Origin: the human T2T-CHM13v2.0 reference genome, Homo sapiens | Length of the DNA stretch: 64,000 bases | NCBI RefSeq assembly: GCF_009914755.1 | Contig: NC_060927.1 | Strand: one strand, 5' to 3' | In this document: piece by piece, positions 31,095 through 52,710 of the stretch | How the letters are laid out: each line of letters starts with the position of its first letter | How positions within the stretch are numbered: position 1 is the stretch's first letter | Made by a program: the position numbers and the translations under genes | The notes under the pieces: generated by a model | Told to the model about the DNA's origin: nothing | The model's input: the letters and a program-made list of their open reading frames with translations, nothing else | Database searches by the model: none

Positions 31095-31676
31095 GTGAGT
31101 GGACCATTCTGTGTTCTATTTTTACCTTTTAGGTGTTTTCATTCTTTTAAAGAATTGGTTGGAGCTTCTGAAATAATTTTATATCAATTGTTCTGATCTC
31201 TGAAAGAATAAACCCTATCAAAAACCATTTTGCAAATGATATGAAATTAATCAAGTTATTATGGAAAAGCTTCAGTAATAAATAATTTCTGATAGGCTGT
31301 AGAAGACTTTAGCCTTCTGCACTCATCTTTTTTTCTTGGTTCCTAAATTGGAGAAAGAGATTAGGCCAGATGACTTCTAAGGCCTTTCCACTGAATCTTC
31401 CATATGAAGATTCAATGAAAATGTTCTGTGTTCTTGAGAGTTCCACTCTAGCCTCTCCATTATAAAAGATAAAATTTCCAGTTTTCCCATTAGATTTCTT
31501 CATGCTTTATTCATGGCAACAGGTCTTTGCTATGGCATCAAATTACACAGTAACATTTCCAAAGAGGGAAATTTCCTTGCCAAATTCTATAGATTAACAA
31601 ATAAGGCAGTATCTGTAGGAAAGTTTAACTGTTTGCATACCAGACTAGATCGTCTGCTGTATCTGTCTGGGCTTTC

Positions 31677-31973
31677 TTTTTTCCTTTTTTCTTTTGAGAT
31701 GGAGTCTCGGTCTATTGGCCAGGCTGGAGTGCAGTGGCATTATCTTGGCTCACTGCAACCTCTGCCTCTGGGGTTCAAGCAGTTGTGCCTCAGCTCCCAA
31801 GTAGCTAGGATTACAAGCACCTACCACCACACCCGGCTAATTTTTGTATGTTTAGTAGAGATGGGGTTCCACCATGTTGGCCAGGCTGGTTGCGAACTCC
31901 TGACCTCCAGTGATCTGCCTGCCTCGGCCTCCCGAAGTGTTGGGATTATAGGTGTGAGCCACTGTGCCCAGTC
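31677..31973 (-). mobile_element. AluS in TMEM45A intron
   Basis: TSD ctgtctgggctttct on both sides. Confidence 0.93.
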
Positions 31974-32452
31974 CTGTCTGGGCTTTCTCAGTTATCATAA
32001 TTGGAGAAAAGCTGAACTCTTTAGCATTTTTATCTGGTACCAAGCACAATCCCCTATTTTATGGCAGCTACCCAAAGATGTAGTATTTAAGAAGGAAGTA
32101 ATCTATCTCCATAGGAGTTGTCTCCCAAATTCAAATCTCCAAATAATTCAGGATGTATCTCAGTCATTAGATTGGAATAGGCAGTGGAACTAAGATCATT
32201 GGCATTGAAGATCTGAAATAGCTGTTTGATTCAATTGGCTATCTTTGACTAAAACTATTTATTTGAACCAGCATCTGAACCTCCAAAAGAAGCCTAAAGT
32301 GCCAGTGCTCAGCTGTTAGGGAACAGCTCAGAGAGAAGAATTAATGTCAAAAGAGGACATTAGATTGGAATAAGCAATGGACTAGTCCTCCTGCATCTTC
32401 TTGAATTCTATGTAAAGCAGAGTTGCTAAAACTGTGATATGTTTCTTGGCAG

Positions 32453-32665
32453 GCATGGCTGGGGAGCAGTTTATTCCTGGAGGGCCCCATCTGATGTTAT
32501 ATGACTATAAACAAGGTCACTGGAATCAACTCCTGGGCTGGCATCATTTCACCATGTATTTCTTCTTTGGGCTGTTGGGTGTGGCAGATATCTTATGTTT
32601 CACCATCAGTTCACTTCCTGTGTCCTTAACCAAGTTAATGTTGTCAAATGCCTTATTTGTGGAGG
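32453..32665 (+). CDS. TMEM45A: TMEM45A coding exon 2 (GMAGEQFIPGGPHL...SNALFVE)
   Basis: Acceptor ttggcag ends 32452, donor GTAAGT at 32666; 213 nt, phase 1-1, in frame with neighbours. Confidence 0.98.
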
Positions 32666-34096
32666 GTAAGTGTTAGTGAGTATTTTCATGTACCTTTCTC
32701 TATTAGTGAGCATTTATGTAGCCCTTCATATTAATATACCTCTGGCATCTTGTTGCAGCCTTGATTGATAGGACCATATATCTGGGCCATAATGAAATAT
32801 TTGGGTGTCCTAGGCAGGGCGCCAAAAATCTACATGCTGTACTGACTCATTTAGTAGAACTGGGTAAACACAATTGTTCAATTGCTATGTTCACATTTCA
32901 CATCTGTCTCAAAGGACCACTTACAAAGGTTACTCATCTCTGGGTTGTTCTGAAGATTATCATTTTTTTTCACTTTTAACAAACGAAAACTGATCCCAGA
33001 ATAATAAAGCATGAATACACTAAAATGAGGCAGCCACTCACAGTGGAACAGCTTCCACTATCTACTAACAGGCTTTTTCATATTGATACAGTAATACTCT
33101 GCCATTTGATGATAAGTAGGGTCCAAAAAATGCAGTCACATAAAAAATATGGGGTCCTAATTTTGGAAAGTTAATTAAAAACAATATTTTTTGTTCAGCT
33201 GGTCTCCCAGTTACTGTAGGGAGGAAAAAAGAAAACAAGCATTTAATGGTTTTTTTTTTTCATGTATTACACACGTAAAAAATAGATTGATTATGGAAAT
33301 AGATAACCACAAATTGATCAGGAGGCAGTCACTTCCTACTCACCTTGCCTCTGGCATCCAAAGATGAGAACTTTTGCCCATACCTCGGGAACAAGGGCTG
33401 GATAAAAGATGGATGTCAACAACTAATAGCCCGGTTCTCATTATCTCAGGGGGTTACCGTATTTTTGTATCAATCTTTTCTCTTTGTCTTCATGAAAAAG
33501 ATGAAGCTGGAATCTGTCTACAGGATGAAGAAATGCAGTTATTTACTACTTCTTGGGAGCTTCCAGAGCATGTTGTTATATCTGTCAAAATCCACCCGTA
33601 TGTGTTTGCTTCCTCCAGTGGACTGAATTCCTTAAGGCGATGCTTTGACTTATTCATCTGTGTGCTCATCTGAATTATTGCACTTGCCATGCTTACTGTT
33701 GTTTGTCCTGCTTAGAAGATGCTTTGAAATATTTTCATCTTATGGAGATTCCAACTTCGTCTTAATCCTTTTCATTTAGATAAAGAGGAAAAGATATTCA
33801 TTCAAAAATACAGTTAACACCCTGAGATAATGAGAATCCATTCATTGAAAATGTCACAATGTGTTAGAGAGAGAATAAAGGTCAGGGAAAGCAAAAAGAG
33901 GGTTCAATTTCAAAGATCCTATTCTAATGAGGTGGTGATGTCTCCAAAAATGCAGTACTGTGGGAATCAGTGGGCGCCTGCTCTTTTGGACAAATGTGTG
34001 TATGTGTAAAATTCTGTCTACGGAGAGAGGGAGAGAGAGAAACAGTGGGTGGTCCTTGGTTCCACTGAAAAAGACAATCTGTTTTTTCCCCATCAG

Positions 34097-34281
34097 CCTT
34101 TATCTTCTACAACCACACTCATGGCCGGGAAATGCTGGACATCTTTGTGCACCAGCTGCTGGTTTTGGTCGTCTTTCTGACAGGCCTCGTTGCCTTCCTA
34201 GAGTTCCTTGTTCGGAACAATGTACTTCTGGAGCTATTGCGGTCAAGTCTCATTCTGCTTCAGGGGAGCTGGTTCTTTCAG
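34097..34281 (+). CDS. TMEM45A: TMEM45A coding exon 3 (AFIFYNHTHGREMLDIFVH...GSWFFQ)
   Basis: Acceptor ttttttccccatcag ends 34096, donor GTGAGT at 34282; 185 nt, phase 1-0. Confidence 0.98.
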
Positions 34282-37200
34282 GTGAGTTGGGGCCTCTAGT
34301 TAATGTACCTGGACTCTTTGCCTGTAACTTCTCTGTTTATTTGATGAGGCAGTTTGCTCCCGGAGACTTCCCTCCAACATACTGCCTGTAGTAAGATCAT
34401 GGGCCTCTGAGAAGTGATGTTTCTTTGAGTGTCCCAATAGCCCTGATGGGAGAATTGTCAGAGCAGCTGGGAAGTGGTGCGTGCACATCTTCATCACACC
34501 TGGACATCCATTATGTAGGAACTCTGAGCCGATGCTTTTAGTTAGAAGCAGCTTCTGACACTAAAGCAGCTTATAGCATAATAAGCTTAAGAAATATATA
34601 GAAGGCAGAAAAGAGAGCAAACTGTTATTTATTGAGAAATAACTATGTGTTGGCTACTGTACCAAACTTTTATATATACATTGTTTTATTTTTTCCTTGC
34701 AACAGCCTGGAATTCAGGCATTATCATCATCAATTTACAGATAGGAAGACTCAGAGAGACCAAGTCTCATACAATAACAGAGCTAGGATCTAAATTTGGA
34801 TTCATCTGACCCGAGGCCGCAGGCTTTTTCCATTTTAAGCTGTTAACTCTTTAACCTTGATGAATTGTTGAAAACATGAATTCCAATCAGTAAACACACA
34901 CTTTATAGAGACTGATGAATCATAATCCAACATGCATACATATCTGTAAACAAAGTCTAGGATGGAAGGTGAATTTTGGTTTAATCAGGGAAGACTTCTT
35001 AGAAGAGATTTTTAGTCACCAGAGAACACAGATTTGGGATAATGAGGTTATTTTAGAGATTTGTATTGCACATGAGGAGTGATAAAAAGCATTGGTAGGT
35101 GAGGGGGAGAGAAACATCATGGTCAAATGGGATAGAAAAGATGCAATATTTAAGCATGTAAGAAAGCGGAAAGGCTGTTGGAGCAAAGGCTAGTAAAGAG
35201 GGGCTAGATCCAAGGGTTATTTTAATGGAAAAACTTCATAGAAAAAAGCTAACAAATACTCTATAATGTGATAAAGCTGATAATTGGTGAATTTAATTAT
35301 ATAAAATATTATATAAAATCTATATCTCTTGCTTGGAATGTTTTACTATATACACGTATTCCTATTCAAAAATAAAAATAGACGGAAAACATTTTAAAAG
35401 AGATGACTTCTGGTTAAGATGACTTCTGGTCAAGATGACACAGTTTATCTCCAGTGTATCTTGTGTGCTCCTGACACATAGCAATGACAGATAAAATAAA
35501 ATAAAATAAAATAAAAACCTAGAAAATTGGAAATAAATTTTCAAAAATAAATTTAAACAATAAAGTAGAAAACACTAACTGCAATGAAGCAAAACAAACA
35601 AAAACAGGCCAAAGAAACTTGTGGGCTGGATGTAGAACAGAAATGTAGAGCAAGAGTCGAGCTGAGCCTGCAGGCCCAGAGCAGACGGTGATGGTTGGTT
35701 TTTTGGCTCCAGTGGAACTAAAAGAAAGTAAAAGGACTCCTTTCAAGGTGGAGGATGAAACCAGGCTTTTGGGACTCTTTGATTGTGTTTTTTTATATAT
35801 TCTATATTCCTAATGGTTTTTCATCTGATTGATCTCTCACTTTCTAATAGAAGTCTGTTGAAGTTTTATATTACAGGTCTGGATTTGTCCATTTCTTCTT
35901 ATGTTCATTTTTTGCTTTGTTGTAAGGCTGTTTTCTGCTTCTCTCTCTCTCTCTTTTTTTTTTTTTTGAGTTAGATGCTGATCTCATTTATTTTCAGTCT
36001 TTCTTGTTTTAAAATAAATGCATTTAAACAAATACATTTGTCTGCACACTGCTAGAGCTGCCTTCTGTAAGATTTGATGTGTTAGTTTGTAGTTTTTTTG
36101 ATGTGTTGATGTAGTTTTCACTGTTGGGTAATTTTGAATGTTATTTCCATGTGCTTCTCTCTTTAATTTATGAGTTATTTAGGAGTACACTTTTAAGTTT
36201 CCAAAAATATTCTTTTTTTCTTATTATTTATTTCTAATGTAATTGTTTTACGGTCAGGGAATGTATTCTCTTTGTAATGTGTTGAGACTTCCTTTGGAAT
36301 ACGGCCCAGTGTCAGTGGTTGTAAATGATCCATGTAGTCAAAGGAAAGTATATCCTCTGTTTGGTTTAGGAGTCCTCATATATTTACTAGATCAAGTTTG
36401 TTAAAAAGCGAAATATTCAAATAAAGAAAGGCAGGACAAGAGGGGAAACCCCAAGAGAGCGGAATTATAAACATAAGAGCAGAATTAATGAAATTAATTA
36501 GTGTTCAGTTAATAATGACTAATTAATGTCTAGGATCTGAAGGAGGAAGCTGTGGGTTATACCTCAACTGGGAATAGGTTGGCTTAGTGTTGCCCCTTTT
36601 GGCAGATAAATGTTTTCATATTTCCCCCAAAAGCTTTTCTAAGGAAGAGATTAATGTCTTTGGGCATAAATCCGTGATTATTTAGAAAATTTTTCATCTA
36701 CCAATATGTCTAGACTAGACTGTTTCCTTCTTCCTGGTGGTCAGCCTAAATAATGTCCGCAGCTTTAAAGAAAAATGAACATTTAATACCAGCGCAAACA
36801 CACACACTGGCAGGAAATGAAGGTTTAGCCATAGTGACATTCCCACTACTGCACCCCTCTGAAACAAAACTGTCTAGAAACTTAGGTGAATATATTATGC
36901 TTCCAGTCGGTAAGTGTGGCATATGAATGTTTACAGCAAAACGCTGTCTTAAGCTAACAATATTATGTCGTGACTTGCTTTTCACCATATTACCATATTT
37001 TTTTCTCACTACTTCTCCATAAATGGTTAATATGTTAATACTTGTGCATGAACTGTGTATAGAGGGATTAGATAAAACATCCACCTAGACTCTTGGAACC
37101 GTAAGTATGGAGATGTGAATTGAAGGAAACCAATACTCAGATTGGCCACTTTTTTATCACACACATATAAATGATTGGGTAATACGTAAATGGAGAGGGA

Positions 37201-38659
37201 ATTTCCCTTCCAACTTATTAGCAATGCTTTCTTTCCTGAACCACATCACAGTCAAAAATGCTTTCTCAATAACCTAGCCACATCATGCAATTTAAAAAAG
37301 AAAAAAAAATCCTGCAAGCCCCTTTATACTATGAATCATGTTTTCCCTGTGTCTCTGTGTGGGAGAATATTTCAAAAGCTCCCTTTGCAACTTCTCATTC
37401 CCAAGCTCCCTCCAGTCATCCTCACCGCCCAGGTGCAGGGACAATCAGGGAATGAGGAAGGTGCTCCTGCTGTCTTTGCTTCTTGTTTTTTAGGACAGTT
37501 GCTTCCACTGCATCTCCCAGCTCCACTAGTCCCCCCAGAGATTCCTCCCATCACTGCACAGATCCTGAGCCCAAACGAAAGCTCAGCCTTTGTTTTGCCT
37601 TTATGAAGGACGAAAGTTCATTTTTAAATGACAAAAAGGCCCAACTAAGCAGTAATGATTTGAGGTCTGATGCGGCAGCAGATCAAACATTTGCTTAGGC
37701 TTTTAGTGTTGAAATAAATGATTGGATAATCAGATAACAACAGGAAATTCAGACTTCGTTATAGGAAATTGGCCCCAGGCTTATTGCCTATTAGAGAAGA
37801 TAATTATTTAAATTTGAAATGTGATACTAATGAAGCTTAAACTAGTCGAAACCAGATGTTCAGGAATGGCATACAAGTTACAGCAAGAAAAACTTTTTTT
37901 TTTTGCAGATTGAGGTTTTTTTTTGGAATTTTATATAAGGAAATAAATTAAGACGACAAATAAAAGTGTGGTTTCTGTATTTAAAGGAGGATTTAATGAG
38001 TTGTGGCAGTTTCTAGCCTTAGTTTGGGCTTTCAGCTTTCCTAATTTATTCGTGTTTGGCCTAGAATGACTATGGAATGTTTCTATGGCTTTCACTGTAG
38101 TCACATCAGTTAACTCTGTTCAGTGGCCTCAGTCAAATCTTTAGCTTTCAGCATTAGGCTCTGGGGCTGCTAAAGAGATTGGCGACGGGAGGGGCTCCAA
38201 GTTTCTCTTCTCCTGATGTAAACAGCAAAAAGTTTGGTAGAATTAATGATGCCTAATGGAGGTGACTTGAGATTTTATTTTGGAGGCTTCAAAAAGCAAT
38301 TATGAATGTGGCATGCAGTGACAAGTCCCTGGGCCTGCAGTTTAGACCAACCTGAATCTGTATGCTAGCTTTACCACACTAACTATATGAATCACCATAG
38401 ATAATATGTTCTGTGCCATTAGGCTTACTACCCCAACTGTAAAATAGAAATATTAATAATATCTCATGGGGTTATTGGGAAAAATATATGCTATAACTTG
38501 ACAATGCATGCTGTCCTGGGGAGAGGGCTGCTAATTTCAGAGGAAGGGGAGCAGAGGAAGCTTCCAGAAGAAGGTGAAAGATGGAAGAGAGTCACCAATG
38601 TGTCTAGGCTTAAGGTTTAGGGCAAGTGATACCCTTTTGCTTATTTTGAACTCAACTGT

Positions 38660-39114
38660 TGTATTAGTTTCCTAGGGCTGTAGTAACAGATCCCTACAAA
38701 TTGGGTGACTTACAAGAGAAATTTATTCTTTTACTCTTCTGGAGACCAGAAATCTGAAATCAAGGTGTTGGCAGGGTTGGTTTTTTCTTGGGGTCCAGAG
38801 GGAGAATCTGTCCCATGCTGATCTCCTAGCCAACTGCCAGCCATCCTTGGCATTCCTTGGCTTGTGGCAGCAAGACTTCATTCTCTGCCTTTATTATCAC
38901 AAGATATTCTTCCTGTATTTCTTTGTTTTCCTATGTCTTCACATGGCCTTCTTATAAGGATGCCAGTCTTTGGGTTTAGAGCCAACTCTAATCCAGTATG
39001 ACTTCACCTTAACTTGATTACCTCTGCAAATACTCTGTTTCCAAATACAATCACATTCAGAGATACTGGGAGTTAGGATTTCAGCATATTGGCAGACACA
39101 ATTTAACCCACTAC
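38660..39114 (-). mobile_element. MLT1 (MaLR) LTR
   Basis: tgtattagtttcctagggctg...atcaaggtgttggcagg...ctctgtttccaaat. Confidence 0.8.
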
Positions 39115-40135
39115 AAATGCTAACTCTTATCTCTGGGAGCTGAAGCAGATCACTTCCCAGATCGCAGGTCATGTGGATGGCATTGGAGGAATGTTGGCAG
39201 GACTGATGGATGGGATCTGGAGGGCTAGTCCACAGCTCTAAACACTCATCTTCCCTAAAATTCTCCTTTCTACACAGAATTTTTCTGTCAATTTCCATGA
39301 ATTTGTTGTAAGAGGAAGGCATGAGACCCCAGCTTAGATAACTGGGCCTTTGAACTGGGAGTTGACTATGTGACTCAATTTTCTCTCTTGTTATTCCAAA
39401 CAGTGAACATAGAGGACCTAGAAATTCTTGCCTTCTTCCGGGGGCTTCAGGGACCTGGGCTCTGGTCACTTTGGCTCCCACAGTGAGCTTTCCTAGCAGT
39501 ATATAAAAGGGGTATTGCAAAACACTGATATCTCCAAAGCAACAGTCTAACCAGCAGGGTGGCATTTTCCACCTGCAGTTTCTGAGTATTGTGAGCTCAT
39601 ACCTCTAACTTAATGACTGATGTATCTTCTTCCACAGATGTTGACACATCTTGCCTTTAGAATATATCCATGTTCTAATGCAGAGGCCCCAGCCCTTGGT
39701 GGGTGAGGCACAGCGGCAGTGATGCAAATGTTTTTGCAGCTGTTTGGGGATGGAGAGGCAAGGGTGTGCATTACTTAATTTTCCTGTTTCTAAAATAGAC
39801 AATAACTGTATTCTGTGTCCTAGGATATAAAGAAGGGAAAGAGGAAGTTATTGTAAAGTACCTTGCTAATTTCAACTAATAAGGTATTTTGGGAAAATGT
39901 ATGACTCTGACATTGGTTGACAAATAAAATGCATTGGGCCAGGACAAAAATAGAAAACCTTGGTTGGATCACTCCACTTGGTCAGGAAGGTAAACTGAAT
40001 GATGAATCAATGGAGACTGCATGCTTCCACTCATGTTTGCCATTTAGGAATACAGGCCTAATGTTGCCAGATAGTTCTATTTTTACAAAAAAGCTGAAAA
40101 TGCAAACTTTTGTGTAATGTTTCCTAATTTTTTAA

Positions 40136-40525
<390 letters not shown>

Positions 40526-41474
40526 TAGAGATGTGGCTCAAGGGCAACAGTCTGTCATCTGGTTTTAATGGTAATATAGTGCCATGTCCTCGTGGGACCA
40601 CCTTCCATCTCAGTACTGATTATTCAAACCATATCAGAACTGCTGAGATGTCTCAAACTGATCTTGTTATCCAGGTCACTGTCCTTCGTATTGCCCCATA
40701 TGGAAAGGCTGTATGGTGAAAAGAGTATGGGTGGGAGAAAGAACATGGAGTTTTTGGAGCCAGAAACTACTGGTCTGGATCCCTACCATAGTCGTTCAGC
40801 CATTTTGTAATACTAGGGGAAGTTGTTGAAGTCCTTGAGTTCCAATCTTTTCCTACGACATACGAGGATGACGATGTCTTCTTCTTGAGGTTGTTTCAAG
40901 GGCTAAGAATTATTGTGATGTTTATGTACATGAGTGAGGATTACCGTTTATGTACATGAGTGAGGATTACGTGACAAGCACGTGGTGGTACCGCCATCTG
41001 TCAGACAGTAGAAATGGAAGTTTTCTTTCCAATTAAAGGGAATCCTGAAATGGGAACAAGTGATTAAGGCACAAATCTTAGTTTTCCCCGACTTACTCTA
41101 ATTATTTGAAATTTCAAACAGAAATGGAATTAATGTTTTATTCAATATTGCACATGAAGTGTTTTTTTTTCTTGTAACCTTTCATTTATTAGACGTGTAA
41201 TCATGGGCAAATCACTAAATCACCCGATTTTATTATCGAGATAATAAGGATAATAATACATTAAAATGAGGGTAATAATACATCCTTGAAAAGGGCCATT
41301 GCAAGGAGACACCTAAACACTGTAACTGACACATAGCCAATACATGGTAGACATTTGTAGGATTATTCATTATATTATCCTGGTTTTGAATTTCATTTAG
41401 TTCCAGAAACCTGCAATACATTCATCCAGTTATCTATTATCTCTCTATCTACTTATTGTTTATTGGGATAAAAC

Positions 41475-44165
<2,691 letters not shown>

Positions 44166-44514
44166 TTATTTATTTTAAAACCTTTTTGTACTCCAATTTT
44201 GAAATAACAGAGTGAAACTGCACAATGTAGAAACCCAAGACATTCTCTTAAAGTCCAGACATTCCTAGCAAGATGACTGTTTATATTTTGAAAACTGATC
44301 ATTAAATGTCCTTTTAAAACTTTTATGAAAATATGACATATTAGAGACTCTCTATATTACTAAAACAGGCAGCAAAACCTGATGTTTTATCTGTTACATC
44401 TTAGATAATTGGAGTTAACTTAGTTATTTACCTCGGAAGCAAGTATTTTGAAATGTACCATTTTTGGGAATGTGATTGGTTATTTTAATATATGCTTTTT
44501 GTTCTAAATTACAG

Positions 44515-44660
44515 ATTGGATTTGTCCTGTATCCCCCCAGTGGAGGTCCTGCATGGGATCTGATGGATCATGAAAATATTTTGTTTCTCACCATATGCTT
44601 TTGTTGGCATTATGCAGTAACCATTGTCATCGTTGGAATGAATTATGCTTTCATTACCTG
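44515..44660 (+). CDS. TMEM45A: TMEM45A coding exon 4 (IGFVLYPPSGGPAWDLMDH...YAFITW)
   Basis: Acceptor ttacag ends 44514, donor GTAAGT at 44661; 146 nt, phase 0-2. Confidence 0.98.
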
Positions 44661-46655
44661 GTAAGTTAGCGATTTCTGTTAATGGAAGTTCTGTTCCTTG
44701 GTATGTGATTATCAAGACTCAGTGGTATTGAATTTAAAATTCAAAAGGGTATTTCATTCCTTATCATCCCATAAGACAGGGTAGCATAGCAGAACATTAT
44801 CTGCAAACACAAAAATTCCCAGTAAAAAGAATAAATGCTGGTTTAAAGTTAGTCACTCAACAGTGCCTCAGCTGTGCCTCTGATGCTCACATTTCCCTTC
44901 ATCACACTCCTCTGTGCCTCCATGTCTCCACATATGCTATTTCCTCTTCTCTCTTCTGAATGGTTTCCCTCACCCTGCACTGCCTATAGTGAGTCCTCCA
45001 TTTACCCATGTGTAGATACTTCAATTATAGCACTTCTTAAGCTTCGAGTCCTTTTTTGACCAACTTGTGTGTGTTCCATTAAATGTAGGTGTCTGCCTAA
45101 TTTGACATTGACTAATATTTCTAAAAGTCAGATCCAGTTGAATACATTTTTTATAAGAACCCCAGTATAATGTTCCATAGGTGGGTAAGGAGCAGTAGAA
45201 CAGAGTTATAAGAACACATATTTTTAGCTGCACTATTTATCAGCAGTATGACTTTGGGCCAATTACTTAACCACATTAAGTACTAGTTTTGTTGTTTGTA
45301 AAATGGGGAAATAATAAGACCTAAATGAGATCAAGTATTTAAGCTTAGGACATAATAAGAGCTCAATAAATATTATTGTCTTGTTGTTCTTCCTCTTGTT
45401 ATTCTTTTCCTCCCTCTCCTCTTCCTTATTCCTCTTTGGCATAAAAAAAATGAATGTGATATGAATCCTACCCATGAGGAATTTTTAGTCTTATAATTAG
45501 GACTAAATTAGGGAGATGCACAATGAAAATACAGTGCAATATACAGAAATAGTAGAAGAACAAAGCACTCTTGGAGTTCAGGGGAGGCCTCTTTACAATT
45601 GAGAATGAAGCTGCAGCTTGAAGGATGAGCAGGAATAGAAAGGGGTGATCACAGTTCCTTTCTCTAAGGTGGTTAATGCTGAACCACAGTTGGCTTGGCT
45701 GATTTCAATGACCAGGCATGAAGACTCCAGCACCTAATCCTTCAGACTTCAGTGCTGATTGAAATGTTCTGTATCTACAATGTCTAATATGGTAGTCACT
45801 AGCTATTGAGCACTTAAAATGTGGCTCATGCCACACTAATTTTATTAATTTAAATATCCATATATGTGTGGATAGTGGCTACTGTATTGGACACTACACA
45901 TCTAGCAGGTTCTCTGATTCCTAAATTGCAGTAGCTACTGCTAGGCCCAGTGAGGTCCCAGCTAGAACAAACTTTCCACCCTTCTCTTTAGACATGGACC
46001 CCAAGTCACCCCTCCTGCTCTGTGCTTCTTTGTGCCTCATTGCTGAAGCAGCTCTGGTGCTGAGGCACCGGGTGAAGAAATCATTCCTTTGTCTAGCTCT
46101 CAGCTATCTCTGTTCAGCTGCAGGTCAGCCCACTTTGATCTATAGTTGCTTCCTTCTAGAGTTCTAGGTGCTTTGGGTACTAGGAAATTCCACCTTCTCA
46201 TTCTATTAGCCCCATTCACTTCCTCCAAAGCATGTGCATGTGCTCCTTGTCAAGACTGGCTCTGCCATTGAGTGAAACTTGGCTTCTCCCTGTTGTTCTA
46301 GGCTGACTTCTGGGCCTCATCTCCTTAGGGGCTGGAAAGCCTTCAAGATCAGTGCCAGCATCCAAGGAAATGCTCTTCCTCATGTCAGCTCCCCTCCAGA
46401 GCCAAAAGAAGACTACTGTCTCTTCCTGTTTCAAAACGCTTCATACCCCTAATGGGCCTCTTATCCACTTATAGTACTCTGGATACTGGACACTCCATTT
46501 TTTATTTTCCAACCTTCCCCTCTACCCCCAACACATAATATCCTAATCTTTGTGACCATGCAGTTCCCTCCACCTGGCATATTCACATTAAATGCACGTC
46601 TTTTCTATGAAAACTTCTGTGGTGACTCTAGCTCTTGCTCATCTCCCTTTAAGAG

Positions 46656-47282
46656 TTTTTGTTTTTTTTTTCAAATACACCACAAAAGATTTTATTATGA
46701 AAAACATATGGGTAAAATGTAGCAACTATGCGGTTTACAAAATGTTCTATTATTGCATAAAACTATCTTTGGTCTATCACCTTCTAAAACTTCTTACACT
46801 CTTTCTTGGTGTTAGGTCAAATCTGCAAATGCTTTATCTGTTCTCCATATCATTAGAGCTCCATCTTCCACAAATATTTTAAGATAGACCTTCCCTCCAC
46901 AATCATTACTCCCACAGTCTTAATGTAACCAGTGAACATGGACAGCAGCCGTCCAATATACATTCACATTATCAAAACATGATGGAAGCTGTAGATATGC
47001 CTAAATGTCCACGTGAGTACATATTTTTTCTAGTAGAGTCCTTGATTCTTTTTTTTAATTTTTTTTGCCAACAAGTATTGTTTACTGCACATATATAAAG
47101 ATGATTTAATATTGAAAAATTTATTAATTAAATGCACCCTAATGATAGGTCCAGTTTCTTATGATTAAGAAACACCATAAGGTGATCTTAATAGCTACTT
47201 AAGAAACATTCGATACAATTTAAACTGATTTGTTTACCTCTTAGAAAACAAGAATGAAGTTTTTGTATGATAAGCAATATTC
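46656..47282 (-). other. Putative L1 3'-transduced sequence with two polyA tracts
   Basis: T tracts 46656-46671 and 47049-47066, each with a minus-strand polyA signal upstream; candidate TSD 46644-46660 / 50263-50279. Confidence 0.6.
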
Positions 47283-50263
<2,981 letters not shown>

Positions 50264-50992
50264 CCCTCCAAGAATTTTTACAGCCCGTCGTCTTCACCAT
50301 GCATTTTAACAATTGGGATCTCTCCTGTGATGTTCACTATTAGGTCATGTGGGTTAGTGTTATCTACTGGCTAGATTGTGTCTCCTTGAGTATGAGACCC
50401 TTTCCATATTTCCCACACCTCTTGGCACACTGCCAAACATATAGTAGATTCTCAATAAACCCTTGTTTGCTGTTTTAATAGATAATAGATTTATGTTGCA
50501 GAGCTCTTTAAATATAGGCTTCATTTGTTTTGAAATCATGTTTTATATACTTTTCAATTTTACTGTCATATTGTTCTTGAAAAGATAAGACCAAGGGTTA
50601 AATTTTCTGATATATTTTGATATAAACTTAAGCAATAGCTTAAGTTAGTTCCACAGAAGTATTTCAAAAACCCCTCTCAGAGCACAAGTAAAGCCATTAC
50701 ATATTGATACAGGCAGGCCAGACTTTCATCAGAAAAAATATAGCAGAAAATAAGGGTAAAGATGCAGGTAGACTGGTGAAATTTTTCATTTGTGAAGAGT
50801 GATATTGGTGATTTGGCTTATCAAATTTGTTTGCATATTCCTATGTATTTCTGGGAGTTAACTATGCTTTGTTGATATGGTCACAGCACAATGCCTTTAT
50901 AATAATGATGCACAGGAAAAGCTTTGCCTAGTTCTTATGACACTCTTTCTCACATCAGAGAAGTGGAGAGCCTGCTGAGCTTCAGCTGCTAA

Positions 50993-51362
<370 letters not shown>

Positions 51363-51722
51363 CAGATTCTCTTAAACTATGAAAACAGTCACCAGGATGG
51401 AGGGTACTTCTTTGAGCTTCTTAATTCATCATGGCAGAGGCATCACATGCAGTTGAACAGCTTGTTCCCTGCACAAAAGCTCCCCCTGGAAGGGGCTAGT
51501 AGCAGGAAGTAGGGGCTGAATTTAGCCCAGACTTGACGTGGGCCTTGACTTGGGCTGCCAACCCTAGAGGCGGGCTTCATGCACTTCCTTTATATGATAT
51601 AGCACCTGTTTGCAATACACAGTTAGATGTGGCTTTTATGGAGAAACTCAACTGAGCTTGGTTTCATCTGGGCTTGCCACAGCCCAGCGATTCTCTTAAT
51701 TGTTTTAGAAATGATCAAAGTT

Positions 51723-52379
<657 letters not shown>

Positions 52380-52616
52380 CTAATTAAACAATGATGCAAT
52401 ACATTGGAAAACCACGTTGTATCTGTTTACTTATACCCTGCTTTAATCCACAAAAATTTTCAGGCAGCTCCAAAGCCAAATAAAAGTAATTTTCCTTTTT
52501 GGGTTGCCTTCCCCAGTTGCCCAAATAATCTAGACTTTGTGGTATAATGGGTGCATATTGCTCTGGGTTTCTATTTTAAAAACCGTCTAACTTGAGATGC
52601 TTTTCTTTCTCCTCAG

Positions 52617-52710
52617 GTTGGTTAAATCTAGACTTAAGAGGCTCTGCTCCTCAGAAGTTGGACTTCTGAAAAATGCTGAACGAGAACAAGAATCAGAAGA
52701 AGAAATGTGA
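52617..52710 (+). CDS. TMEM45A: TMEM45A last coding exon (LVKSRLKRLCSSEVGLLKNAEREQESEEEM*)
   Basis: Acceptor ttttctttctcctcag ends 52616; TGA ends 52710. Exon sum 190+213+185+146+94=828 nt = 275 aa + stop. Confidence 0.98.

Noticed and set aside
31513-32193. 226-aa ORF in a TMEM45A intron
   Set aside because: Its core is an antisense Alu translation (AGVQW..., FHHVGQAG...), with no sign of a real gene.
35401-35439. 16-bp tandem repeat agatgacttctggt; also a 21-bp repeat near 63276-63315
   Set aside because: Ordinary slippage micro-duplications.
38939-39565. 208-aa minus-strand ORF
   Set aside because: Runs into an MLT1 LTR, has no recognisable domain, and is consistent with a chance ORF.
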